The position numbers and the translations under genes are program-made. Shown here piece by piece: positions 23,340 through 35,163 of a stretch of 64,000 nucleotides of DNA; position 1 is the stretch's first letter, and every line of letters begins with the position of its first letter. Under the pieces are notes generated by a model that was not told the origin of the DNA, ran no database searches, and saw nothing but the letters and a program-made list of their open reading frames with translations. This DNA comes from Macrostomum hystrix (Eukaryota > Animalia > Platyhelminthes): positions 248,001 through 312,000 of the forward strand of contig CATNEN010000001.1 of NCBI GenBank assembly GCA_950097015.1. Reading direction: 5' to 3'.

Positions 23340-26145
23340 AGCTCCCCAGGTTAGATACACCACTACAAATCCTCAGGTTAGATACACCGCTACAAATCCT
23401 CAGGTTAGAGACACCACACTACAATATCCTCTGGTTAGAGACACCACTCTACAATATCCTCTGGTTAGAGACACCACTCTACAATATCCTCTGGTTAGAG
23501 ACACCACTCTACAATATCCTCTGGTTAGAGACACCACTCTACAATATCCTCAGGTTAGAGACACCACTCTACAATATCCTCAGGTTAGACACCACTCTAC
23601 AATATCCTCTGGTTAGACACCACTCTACAATATCCTCTGGTTAGAGACACCACTCTACAATATCCTCAGGTTAGAGACACCACTCCACAATATCTTCAGG
23701 TTAAAGACACCACTCTACAATATCCTCAGGTTAGAGACACCACTCTACAATATCCTCAGGTTAGACACCACTCTACAATATCCTCAGGTTAGAGACACCA
23801 CTCTACAATATCCTCAGGTTAGAGACACCACTCTACAATATCCTCAGGTTAGACACCACTCTACAATATCCTCAGGTTAGAGACACCACTCTACAATATC
23901 CTCTGGTTAGAGACACCACTCTACAATATCCTCAGGTTAGAGACACCACTCCACAATATCTTCAGGTTAAAGACACCACTCTACAATATCCTCAGGTTAG
24001 AGACACCACTCTACAATATCCTCAGGTTAGAGACACCACTCTACAATATCCTCAGGTTAGAGACACCACTCTACAATATCCTCTGGTTAGAGACACCACT
24101 CTACAATATCTTCAGGTTAGAGACACCACTCTACAATATCCTCAGGTTAGAGACACCACTCTACAATATCCTCAGGTTAGAGACACCACTCTACAATATC
24201 CTCAGGTTAGAGACACCACTCTACAATATCCTCATGTTAGAGACACCACTCTACAATATCCTCAGGTTAGAGACACCACTCTACAATATCCTCAGGTTAG
24301 AGACACCACTCTACAATATCCTCAGGTTAGAGACACCACTCTACAATATCCTCTGGTTAGAGACACCACTCTACAATATCCTCTGGTTAGAGACACCACT
24401 CTACAATATCCTCTGGTTAGAGACACCACTCTACAATATCCTCAGGTTAGAGACACCACTCTACAATATCCTCAGGTTAGAGACACCACACTACAATATC
24501 CTCTGGTTAGAGACACCACTCTACAATATCCTCTGGTTAGAGACACCACTCTACAATATCCTCTGGTTAGAGACACCACTCTACAATATCCTCAGGTTAG
24601 AGACACCACTCTACAATATCCTCAGGTTAGACACCACTCTACAATATCCTCAGGTTAGACACCACTCTACAATATCCTCAGGTTAGAGACACCACTCTAC
24701 AATATCCTCAGGTTAGAGACACCACTCTACAATATCCTCAGGTTAGACACCACTCTACAATATCCTCTGGTTAGAGACACCACTCTACAATATCCTCTGG
24801 TTAGAGACACCACTCTACAATATCCTCTGGTTAGAGACACCACTCTACAATATCCTCAGGTTAGACACCACTCTACAATATCCTCATGTTAGAGACACCA
24901 CTCTACAATATCCTCAGGTTAGACACCACTCTACAATATCCTCAGGTTAGAGACACCACTCTACAATATCCTCTGGTTAGAGACACCACTCTACAATATC
25001 CTCAGGTTAGACACCACTCTACAATATCCTCATGTTAGAGACACCACTCTACAATATCCTCTGGTTAGAGACACCACTCTACAATATCCTCAGGTTAGAG
25101 ACACCACACTACAATATCCTCTGGTTAGAGACACCACTCTACAATATCCTCTGGTTAGAGACACCACTCTACAATATCCTCTGGTTAGAGACACCACTCT
25201 ACAATATCCTCAGGTTAGAGACACCACTCTACAATATCCTCAGGTTAGACACCACTCTACAATATCCTCAGGTTAGACACCACTCTACAATATCCTCAGG
25301 TTAGAGACACCACTCTACAATATCCTCAGGTTAGAGACACCACTCTACAATATCCTCAGGTTAGACACCACTCTACAATATCCTCTGGTTAGAGACACCA
25401 CTCTACAATATCCTCTGGTTAGAGACACCACTCTACAATATCCTCTGGTTAGAGACACCACTCTACAATATCCTCAGGTTAGACACCACTCTACAATATC
25501 CTCATGTTAGAGACACCACTCTACAATATCCTCAGGTTAGACACCACTCTACAATATCCTCAGGTTAGAGACACCACTCTACAATATCCTCTGGTTAGAG
25601 ACACCACTCTACAATATCCTCAGGTTAGACACCACTCTACAATATCCTCATGTTAGAGACACCACTCTACAATATCCTCTGGTTAGAGACACCACTCTAC
25701 AATATCCTCAGGTTAGAGACACCACTCTACAATATCCTCTGGTTAGAGACACCACTCTACAATATCCTCTGTTTAGAGACACCACTCTACAATATCCTCA
25801 GGTTAGACACCACTCTACAATATCCTCAGGTTAGAGACACCACTCTACAATATCCTCTGGTTAGAGACACCACTCTACAATATCCTCAGGTTAGAGACAC
25901 CACTCTACAATATCCTCAGGTTAGACACCACTCTACAATATCCTCAGGTTAGAGACACCACTCTACAATATCCTCAGGTTAGAGACACCACTCTACAATA
26001 TCCTCATGTTAGAGACACCACTCTACAATATCCTCATGTTAGAGACACCACTCTACAATATCCTCATGTTAGAGACACCACTCTACAATATCCTCATGTT
26101 AGAGACACCACTCTACAATATCCTCAGGTTAGAGACACCACTATA
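23340..26145. repeat. 30-bp satellite (agacaccactctacaatatcctcaggttag)
   Basis: Direct tandem repeats with 28-bp variants. Confidence 0.95.
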
Positions 26146-26261
26146 CCCACTTTGAGTGGGCACCCACTTAGCTAGATTCATCGTTAACTACGCCACAGCA
26201 AGGTCTTAAAATTAAGCTCGTATTGGCCTCTTGGTTGTCCTTATTATCAAAGTAATGTTAA

Positions 26262-26329
26262 ATGATGACTTTATATAATAAAGATCACGCATGATTACGT
26301 CGTAGCAGATCTTGTCCAATATTGTCTGA
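26262..26329 (+). ncRNA. Box C/D snoRNA, orphan 'agatcacg' family copy 4
   Basis: atgatga; aaagatcacg-c-atga; ctga. Confidence 0.6.
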
Positions 26330-26366
26330 TTATTGTATCGTGTATTTTTAGCTAATTTAAAGTGAC

Positions 26367-26431
26367 GTGATGAGTCAATTCTAGTTTATATGATCGGTTT
26401 ATGATCAATTTGTTCTAGAGGCTGTTACTGA
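26367..26431 (+). ncRNA. Box C/D snoRNA SNORD95-like (28S Am2802), copy 1
   Basis: gtgatga; ctagaggctgtt-a-ctga pairs with 28S aacagcctctag. Confidence 0.82.
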
Positions 26432-26586
26432 ATTGTCTAAACTATATACTTTTTTACCTACTATTTTAAGCTAATATATATTATAATTTAAATGTGTTTC
26501 ACTTTTCAGAAGCCAAAATCTTGGATTTCTGGCGAGGTAATTATTCAAGAATATACTTCTGTTATGCGTAAAGTAGAAACTAATTT

Positions 26587-26660
26587 TTGATGACCAAAGA
26601 TCCAATTATGAGTTTGAAATAGCTATGAGTTTTCTTATTCTAAAACGAGATTTTTATCTT
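26587..26660 (+). pseudogene. Decayed SNORD36/19-like copy
   Basis: D' guide agatccaattatga retained; D guide mutated (cgagattttta) and D box deleted. Confidence 0.65.
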
Positions 26661-26869
26661 TTGTGCTCTACGATATTAAAATGCATTTTTACTCTATTTT
26701 TAGATTTCTAGGCTTGTCGCAACTCTGTCTTGTCAGGCTCACACTCATTTTATTAAGAGGCAAGTTAAACAGTTTCATCTGCAGCGCGTTTTTATGCAAA
26801 ATTGTTTTGTCTTGATATATGCATATGTGTATAAGTGTATTTTCCGTTTTCAATCAATCAGGGGAAAAT

Positions 26870-27770
26870 GATCCCCTGATCACCACCACTCTCCCTGATC
26901 CTCAGTTTATAAACACCACTCTCCCAGATCCTAAGTTTATAAACACCACTCTCCCAGATCCTCAGTTTATAAACACCACCCTCCCTGATCCTCAGTTTAT
27001 AAACACCACTCTCCCAGATCCTCAGTTTATAAACACCACTCTCCCTGATCCTCAGTTTATGAACACCACTCTCCCTGATCCTCAGTTTATGAACACCACT
27101 CTCCCTGATCCTCAGTTTATGAACACCACCCTCCCAGATCCTAAGTTTATAAACACCACTCTCCCAGATCCTCAGTTTATAAACACCACTCTCCCTGATC
27201 CTCAGTTTATGAACACCACTCTCCCTGATCCTCAGTTTATGAACACCACTCTCCCAGATCCTCAGGTTATGAACACCACTCTCCCAGATCCTCAGTTTAT
27301 AAACACCACTCTCCCAGATCCTCAGGTTATGAACACCACTCTCCCAGATCCTCAGTTTATAAACACCACTCTCCCTGATCCTCAGTTTATAAACACCACT
27401 CTCCCTGATCCTCAGTTTATGAACACCACTCTCCCAGATCCCTAAGCTTCTCTCCCAGATTCCTTAGCTAGGGACACCACTCTCCCAGATCCCTAAGCTA
27501 CTCTCCCAGATTCCTTAGCTAGGGACACCACTCTCCCAGATCCCTAAGCTAGGGACACCACTCTCCCAGATCCCTAAGCTTCTCTCCCAGATTCCTTAGC
27601 TAGGGACACCACTCTCCCAGATCCCTAAGCTACTCTCCCAGATTCCTTAGCTAGGGACACCACTCTCCCAGATCCCTAAGCTACTCTCCCAGATTCCTTA
27701 GCTAGGGACACCACTCTCCCAGATCCCTAAGCTAGGGACACCACTCTCCCAGATCCCTAAGCTAGCGACA
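26870..27770. repeat. 30-bp satellite (aacaccactctcccagatcctcagtttat) and derivatives
   Basis: Direct tandem repeats. Confidence 0.95.
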
Positions 27771-27943
27771 TCATATAGCTAAGCTAAGGAAATGTTCATA
27801 TTTTGCTTTCTTTCGTTTTTAGATTGAAAAGTCAATCTTTGCGACTACATTCCACACCTGCGACGTATTTCTCTCAACATTCAGTGAGTATCTGCGTTGA
27901 TTCTTAACTATTTTCTAGTTAAGTTTAGTCATAAGGAAATAAC

Positions 27944-28008
27944 ATGATGAGTCAATACTAGATTATATGATTGAATTATGATCATTATTTTCTAGAGGCT
28001 GTTTCTGA
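27944..28008 (+). ncRNA. Box C/D snoRNA SNORD95-like, copy 2
   Basis: atgatga...tctagaggctgttt-ctga. Confidence 0.85.
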
Positions 28009-28181
28009 AGAATTTAGAATCTCATGTTCTATAACTGTTTATGAATAAAAAACTAAGGCTTATGTTACTGTACCCTCCCCTAAATTCTTCCAGTCTACCT
28101 GCTGCCTGTATTGATTAGCGAGGTAATCATTTATTTATATTTGCTTTTATTTAATCATTATCTCTTATTATTTGAAATTTT

Positions 28182-28258
28182 ATGATGAGTTCAGATCCAA
28201 TTATGAGTTAGTAATAGCTTTGAATTTACATATTCAAATACGAGCTTTTTAACCCTGA
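28182..28258 (+). ncRNA. Box C/D snoRNA SNORD36/19-like dual guide, copy 3
   Basis: cagatccaattatga; tacgagctttttaacc-ctga. Confidence 0.88.
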
Positions 28259-28514
28259 CAAAATCAAATAACTAGATTCTTTTTTTATCTTTTGTGCTCT
28301 ACCATATTATAATGCATGTTTACAATTTTTTAGATGGGTCGACTTTTCGCTACTCCTGATTCTCAGAGTCACTCTCATTTCGTTTAAACGTAAGTTTGAA
28401 TTTTTGCAGCGTGTTTTTATGCCACATTGAAAAGTCTGTATTTGCATGTGTATTTTTTCATTTTAGTATAGCACGACTAAAATTGTACTTTCATTTTATT
28501 GACACAACTTTCTG

Positions 28515-30095
28515 ACTTCCTCAGATATAAACCGCTCTCCCAGATCCTCAGGTTGGGAACACCGCTCTGCCTGATCCTCAGGTTGGGAACACCACTCTCC
28601 CAGATCCTCAGGTTGGGAACACCGCTCTGCCTGATCCTCAGGTTGGGAACACCACTCTCCCAGATCCTCAGGTTAGGAACACCGCTCTCCCTGATCCTCA
28701 GCTATAAACCACTCTCCCTGATCCTCAGCTATAAACCACTCTCCCTGATCCTCAGCTATAAACCACTCTCCCTGATCCTCAGCTATAAACCACTCTCCCT
28801 GATCCTCAGCTATAAACCACTCTCCCTGATCCTCAGCTATAAACCACTCTCCCTGATCCTCAGTTTGGGAACACCACTCTCCCAGATCCTCAGGTTATGA
28901 ACACCACTCTCCCTGATCCTCAGCTATAAACCACTCTCCCTGATCCTCAGTTTGGGAACACCGCTCTCCCTGATCCTCAGCTATAAACCACTCTCCCTGA
29001 TCCTCAGCTATAAACCACTCTCCCTGATCCTCAGCTATAAACCACTCTCCCTGATCCTCAGCTATAAACCACTCTCCCTGATCCTCAGCTATAAACCACT
29101 CTCCCTGATCCTCAGCTATAAACCACTCTCCCTGATCCTCAGCTATAAACCACTCTCCCTGATCCTCAGTTTATGAACACCGCTCTCCCTGATCCTCAGC
29201 TATAAACCACTCTCCCTGATCCTCAGTTTGGGAACACCGCTCTCCCTGATCCTCAGCTATAAACCACTCTCCCTGATCCTCAGCTATAAACCGCTCTCCC
29301 TGATCCTCAGCTATAAACCACTCTCCCTGATCCTCAGCTATAAACCACTCTCCCTGATCCTCAGCTATAAACCGCTCTCCCTGATCCTCAGCTATAAACC
29401 ACTCTCCCTGATCCTCAGCTATAAACCACTCTCCCTGATCCTCAGCTATAAACCACTCTCCCTGATCCTCAGCTATAAACCACTCTCCCTGATCCTCAGC
29501 TATAAACCACTCTCCCTGATCCTCAGCTATAAACCACTCTCCCTGATCCTCAGCTATAAACCACTCTCCCTGATCCTCAGGTTGGGAACACCGCTCTCCC
29601 TGATCCTCAGTTTGGGAACACCACTCTCCCTGATCCTCAGTTTGGGAACACCACTCTCCCAGATCCTCAGGTTATGAACACCACTCTCCCTGATCCTCAG
29701 CTATAAACCACTCTCCCTGATCCTCAGCTATAAACCACTCTCCCTGATCCTCAGCTATAAACCACTCTCCCTGATCCTCAGGTTGGGAACACCGCTCTCC
29801 CTGATCCTCAGTTTGGGAACACCACTCTCCCAGATCCTCAGGTTATGAACACCACTCTCCCAGATCCTCAGGTTATGAACACCACTCTCCCTGATCCTCA
29901 GCTATAAACCACTCTCCCTGATCCTCAGGTTGGGAACACCGCTCTCCACGATCCTCAGGTTATGAACACCACGGTCCCAGATCCTCAGGTTGGGAACACC
30001 ACTTCTCCCTGATCCTCATGTTATGAGGATACTCTCCCAGATCCTCAGGTTTTGAACACCACTCTCCCGGAACTTTAGTTAAGGAACGCCACTGC
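28515..30095. repeat. 27/30-bp satellite (aaaccactctccctgatcctcagctat)
   Basis: Direct tandem repeats. Confidence 0.95.
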
Positions 30096-30213
30096 CTTAA
30101 CTCATATTGACTTTTATCTGACTTCCAGACCCGCTAACTATTTTTTCATCATTCGATGAGTGTCTGCAACAATTTAAATTATTTTCTAGTTTTTTTAGTC
30201 ATCAGGAAATAAC

Positions 30214-30278
30214 ATGATGAGTCAATACTAGATTATATGATTGAATTATGAACATTATTTTCTAGAGGCTGTTTCTGA
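30214..30278 (+). ncRNA. Box C/D snoRNA SNORD95-like, copy 3
   Basis: Near-identical to 27944-28008. Confidence 0.85.
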
Positions 30279-30482
30279 AGAATTTAGAATCATGATTTTA
30301 TTAAAGATATTATAAACATGATGGTTTATATAAATTTTCTCTCGCCTAACTTTTCCGTTTTTTCTAGGCTACCTGCTGCCTGTATTGTTTGTTAAGGTAA
30401 ATATTCATTTATTTGCTAGTATTTCTAGTATTGCTAGTAATTTGCTAGTATTTACACATTGTCAATTATTACTACAAATCCT

Positions 30483-30560
30483 ATGATGACTACAGATCCA
30501 ATTATGAGTTTTAAAAAAGCTTTGAATTTTCTTCATCAAATACGAGCTTTTTAACCCTGA
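30483..30560 (+). ncRNA. Box C/D snoRNA SNORD36/19-like dual guide, copy 4
   Basis: cagatccaattatga; tacgagctttttaacc-ctga. Confidence 0.88.
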
Positions 30561-30740
30561 AATAAGTACCCGAATTATATGTTTTCTTTTCAATATGCTT
30601 GTTACGCCACTTTATTGTGTAATATACCATGGTAATTATTTTCAGATTTATTCTTCTCGTATAGCTGGAATCGTATAGCTGGAAAGCTTTATCTACTTAA
30701 TCTAAAAGTGAGTTGACTTCTACTTGTCATGTTATTCTTA

Positions 30741-31163
30741 CCTGCTAAAAAATAGGATGTTTCTTTGGGTGATTCCAGTTAGAATCTGTGGTGTTTCCAG
30801 AAAAATTAACAGCCGAACGCTGGAAACAGACCAATCGGATGATTCCATGCTTGGAATCTACCCAACGGGGCTGTTTCTCGGTGCTTCTTGGTGGCGAAAT
30901 GGAATCACCCAAAGAATCCTCCAGTTCGGAAGATTCCATGCTCAGAAACCGCCGAGAAATCGCCCGTAAAGAATTCTCTGGTTGTCCCATGGGCCACTGG
31001 TTCGGGTGGGTGATTCTTAAGCGGTTTCCGCACAATTTACGATCACATCGGCTGCATCCTGGGTGGTTTCTTTAACTCTTGCGAGATAGGGGGGATTTCG
31101 GTAGATTCCACTCCTATTTTGCTCAAAAAACCCGCCGAAGAAGCAGCCGAATTTTTCACAGAG
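30741..31163 (-). mobile_element. Same MITE, older diverged copy
   Basis: cctgctaaaaatagg...cacagag flanked by TA/TA. Confidence 0.8.
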
Positions 31164-31186
31164 TATTTAAATTGTGATTGTGAATA

Positions 31187-31262
31187 ATGATGAGTTACTT
31201 AGTAACTTGTATGATCTTATGACAATTTTATGATCAATAGTATGTCTATGGACACTTACTGA
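31187..31262 (+). ncRNA. Box C/D snoRNA candidate, orphan or diverged SNORD95-like
   Basis: atgatga...atga...atgatca...ctga; D box 83 nt upstream of acceptor at 31345. Confidence 0.55.
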
Positions 31263-31639
31263 TAACAAATATACCTGTATGATTTTCAATTAGCCATTTT
31301 ATCATAGATACACACATCTAAATTTTCATATGTTTGCTATTTTAGAACTCTGTGTTGATTTTAGAAGTTTCTGGTGAGTATTAAAACTTTTTTACTGTAT
31401 ATTGTCATTGATAATACTAAAAAGTGATTTTATGATAAATATTTAGTGCTGAAATTAACAAATATACGCATATGTTCAACACATTCCTCTAATTCTGGTA
31501 ATGCGTGTTAGATTTTTTGTTCGTTTTTTTCTGATTTTAAATTGTATATAATTTATCTGCATCATATTACTAGCAGTAGAGTAAAAGTTTATAGACAACT
31601 TAATAGCACAGCCTTTAAGTACGTAAAATAAAAGTCTAC

Positions 31640-31794
31640 CTTTTCACCCCAGCCCAGCTAATGATTGTACCGATTTTAGCTACGACTGGATAAACTTAAG
31701 CGTGTCTTGCTCAATGACAGTCTCCCTCCCTCCAAGATTCGAACTCCTGACCTCCCAGTTAAAAACTTGAAGCTTTACTAACCTGCGCTAACCA
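31640..31794 (-). mobile_element. tRNA-derived SINE fragment
   Basis: Reverse complement tggttagcgcaggttag...ggaggtcaggagttcgaatc has A- and B-box-like motifs. Confidence 0.55.
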
Positions 31795-31860
31795 AACATA
31801 ACACAATTTCAGCTGTACAACAAAGCCAGCCAATCAGATTAAAGACAGGCAATCTTTAGA

Positions 31861-32309
31861 ATGGATTTTCAACACAGGCCCGGCGGTAAGACCGGCACAG
31901 GCGGCGTGGCCTCCTGGTCGGATTCGAATCGCGACCGTCGCGAACGCCTACGCCAATTGGCTTTGGAGACTATCGATCTGCAGAAGGATCCCTACTTTAT
32001 GAAGAATCATCTGGGAACTTACGAATGCAAGCTGTGTTTAACTTTGCACAACAACGAGGGCAGCTATCTGGCGCACACTCAGGGCAAGAAGCATCAACAG
32101 AATCTGGCTCGGCGAGCAGCCGAGATGGCCAAGGATGCGCCAATTCAGCCGGCTCCTGAGAAGGCCAGAGTTGAGCCAAAACGATTCGTTAAAATTGGCC
32201 TGCCTGGCTATAAAGTTACTAAACAGCGCGATCCGGAGTCTGGTCAACAGTCGATGCTGTTTCAGATTGATTATCCGGAGATTGCTGAAGGCATTGTGCC
32301 TAGGCACAG
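31861..32309 (+). CDS. SF3A2: Splicing factor 3A subunit 2 (SF3a66), exon 1
   Basis: MDFQHRPGGKTG...RRERLRQLALETIDLQKDPYFMKNHLGTYECKLCLTLHNNEGSYLAHTQGKKH (matrin zinc finger); donor AG|gttagt. Confidence 0.97.
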
Positions 32310-32369
32310 GTTAGTTCTAATGCCCAATTTAAGTATTGGAATGACGGTTTTGAGGTAGGTCAATGGCGG

Positions 32370-34765
32370 AGTTTTGAGCAGGGCTATAATAGATTATGGG
32401 TTTTGAGCAGGGCTGTAACAGATTATGGGGTTTTGAGCAGGGCTATAACATATTATGGGTTTTGAGCAGGGCTGTGACATATTATGGGTTTTGAGCAGGG
32501 CTGTAACAGATTATGGGTTTTGAGCAGGGCTGTGACATATTATGGGTTTTGAGCAGGGCTGTAACAGATTATGGAGTTTTGAGCAGGGCTGTATCATATT
32601 ATGGGTTTTGAGCAGGGCTATAATAGATTATGGGGTTTTGAGCAGGGCTGTAACATTTTATGGGTTTTGAGCAGGGCTGTAACATATGGGTTTTGAGCAG
32701 GGCTGTAACAGATTATGGGGTTTTGAGCAAGGCTGTAACAGATTATGGGTTTTGAGCAAGGCTGTAACAGATTATGGGGTTTTGAGCAAGGCTGTAACAG
32801 ATTATGGGTTTTGAGCAGGGCTGTAACATATTATGGGTTTTGAGCAGGGCTGTAACAGATTATGGGTTTTGAGCAGGGCTGTAACAGATTATGGGTTTTG
32901 AGCAGGGCTGTAACATTTTATGGGTTTTGAGCAGGGCTATAACAGATTATGGGTTTTGAGCAAGGCTGTAACATATTATGGGTTTTGAGCAAGGCTGTAA
33001 CAGATTATGGGTTTTGAGCAGGACTGTAATAGATTATGGAGTTTTGAGCAGGGCTGTAACAGATTATGGGTTTTGAGCAGGGCTGTATCAGATTATGGAG
33101 TTTTGAGCAAGGCTGTAACAGATTATGGGTTTTGAGCAAGGCTGTAACAGATTATGGGTTTTGAGCAAGGCTGTAACATATTATGGGTTTTGAGCAGGGC
33201 TGTAACAGATTATGGAGTTTTGAGCAGGGCTGTATCAGATTATGGGTTTTGAGCAAGGCTGTAACAGATTATGGAGTTTTGAGCAGGGCTGTAACAGATT
33301 ATGGGTTTTGAGCAGGGCTGTAACAGATTATGGAGTTTTGAGCAAGGCTGTAACAGATTATGGGTTTTGAGCAGGGCTGTGACATATTATGGGTTTTGAG
33401 CAGGGCTGTAACAGATTATGGAGTTTTGAGCAGGGCTGTAACAGATTATGGAGTTTTGAGCAGGGCTGTAACAGATTATGGGTTTTGAGCAAGGCTGTAA
33501 CAGATTATGGGTTTTGAGCAGGGCTGTAACAGATTATGGGTTTTGAGCAGGGCTGTGACATATTATGGGTTTTGAGCAGGGCTGTAACAGATTATGGAGT
33601 TTTGAGCAGGGCTGTATCATATTATGGGTTTTGAGCAGGGCTATAATAGATTATGGGGTTTTGAGCAGGGCTGTAACATTTTATGGGTTTTGAGCAGGGC
33701 TGTAACATATGGGTTTTGAGCAGGGCTGTAACAGATTATGGGGTTTTGAGCAAGGCTGTAACAGATTATGGGTTTTGAGCAAGGCTGTAACAGATTATGG
33801 GGTTTTGAGCAAGGCTGTAACAGATTATGGGTTTTGAGCAGGGCTGTAACATATTATGGGTTTTGAGCAGGGCTGTAACAGATTATGGGTTTTGAGCAGG
33901 GCTGTAACATTTTATGGGTTTTGAGCAGGGCTATAACAGATTATGGGTTTTGAGCAAGGCTGTAACATATTATGGGTTTTGAGCAAGGCTGTAACAGATT
34001 ATGGGTTTTGAGCAGGACTGTAATAGATTATGGAGTTTTGAGCAGGGCTGTAACAGATTATGGGTTTTGAGCAGGGCTGTATCAGATTATGGAGTTTTGA
34101 GCAAGGCTGTAACAGATTATGGGTTTTGAGCAAGGCTGTAACAGATTATGGGTTTTGAGCAAGGCTGTAACATATTATGGGTTTTGAGCAGGGCTGTAAC
34201 AGATTATGGAGTTTTGAGCAAGGCTGTAACAGATTATGGGTTTTGAGCAGGGCTGTAACAGATTATGGAGTTTTGAGCAGGGCTGTAACAGATTATGGAG
34301 TTTTGAGCAGGGCTGTAACAGATTATGGGTTTTGAGCAAGGCTGTAACAGATTATGGGTTTTGAGCAGGGCTGAAACAGATTATGGGTTTTGAGCAGGGC
34401 TATAACAGATTATGGGTTTTGAGCAGGGCTATAACAGATTATGGGTTTTGAGCAGGGCTATAACAGATTATGGAGTTTTGAGCAGGGCTGAAACAGATTA
34501 TGGGGTTTTGAGCAGAGCTGTATCAGATTATGGGTTTTGAGCAGGGCTGTATCAGATTATGGGGTTTTGAGCAGAGCTGTATCAGATTATGGGGTTTTGA
34601 GCAGGGCTGTATCAGATTATGGGGTTTTGAGCAGGGCTGTATCAGATTATGGGGTTTTGAGCAGAGCTGTATCAGATTATGGGTTTTGAGCAGGGCTGTA
34701 TCAGATTATGGGTTTTGAGCAGGGCTATAATAGATTATGGGGTTTTAGGTAGGGCTATAACAGAT
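32370..34765. repeat. ~29/30-bp satellite (ttttgagcagggctgtaacagattatggg) in SF3A2 intron
   Basis: Direct tandem repeats. Confidence 0.95.
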
Positions 34766-35163
34766 TTTGGACTTTTAAGTTTGGCAATGAATGGTTAAGG
34801 ATTTTAAGTAGGTCAATGGCGTATTAATGTTTTTGAGTGGGGCAATAACGTATTATCAGAGTTTTAAGCAGGGCAATCACTGATAATCGGGTTTTTAGCT
34901 AGGTAATGCATTATGGTTATAAACATTCTAGGATAAAACTTCTGCTAATATCCTCTTTTTGGGATAAAACCGGGTTAAACGTTTTATAAATGGTTTATTT
35001 AGTGTTTCCATCAGTACAGTATTAACATAGTTTACGTATTAAATAGTGTATGATGGCGAGTTTCGGGTTTCGAGTAGGATAAACACCTGTGTTACAGTTA
35101 TTGAATATTTGTATAGCAATTTTTAAACTAAGCACTGTCTCTCGCTGCATCGGCCTAACTTAG

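Larger units (their letters stand above)
13850..31812 (+). ncRNA. Non-coding multi-exon box C/D snoRNA host gene (GAS5/UHG-like); 3' end uncertain
   Basis: Series of ~30-70 nt exons bounded by Yn-AG and GTRAG (e.g. 13850-13894, 15988-16027, 16218-16250, 31346-31373) with no long ORF. Most introns hold one C/D snoRNA whose D box lies 78-89 nt upstream of the 3' splice site. Confidence 0.85.

Noticed and set aside
23340-30095. CRISPR-like ~30-bp repeat arrays
   Set aside because: Head-to-tail monomers without unique spacers, no cas genes, eukaryotic context
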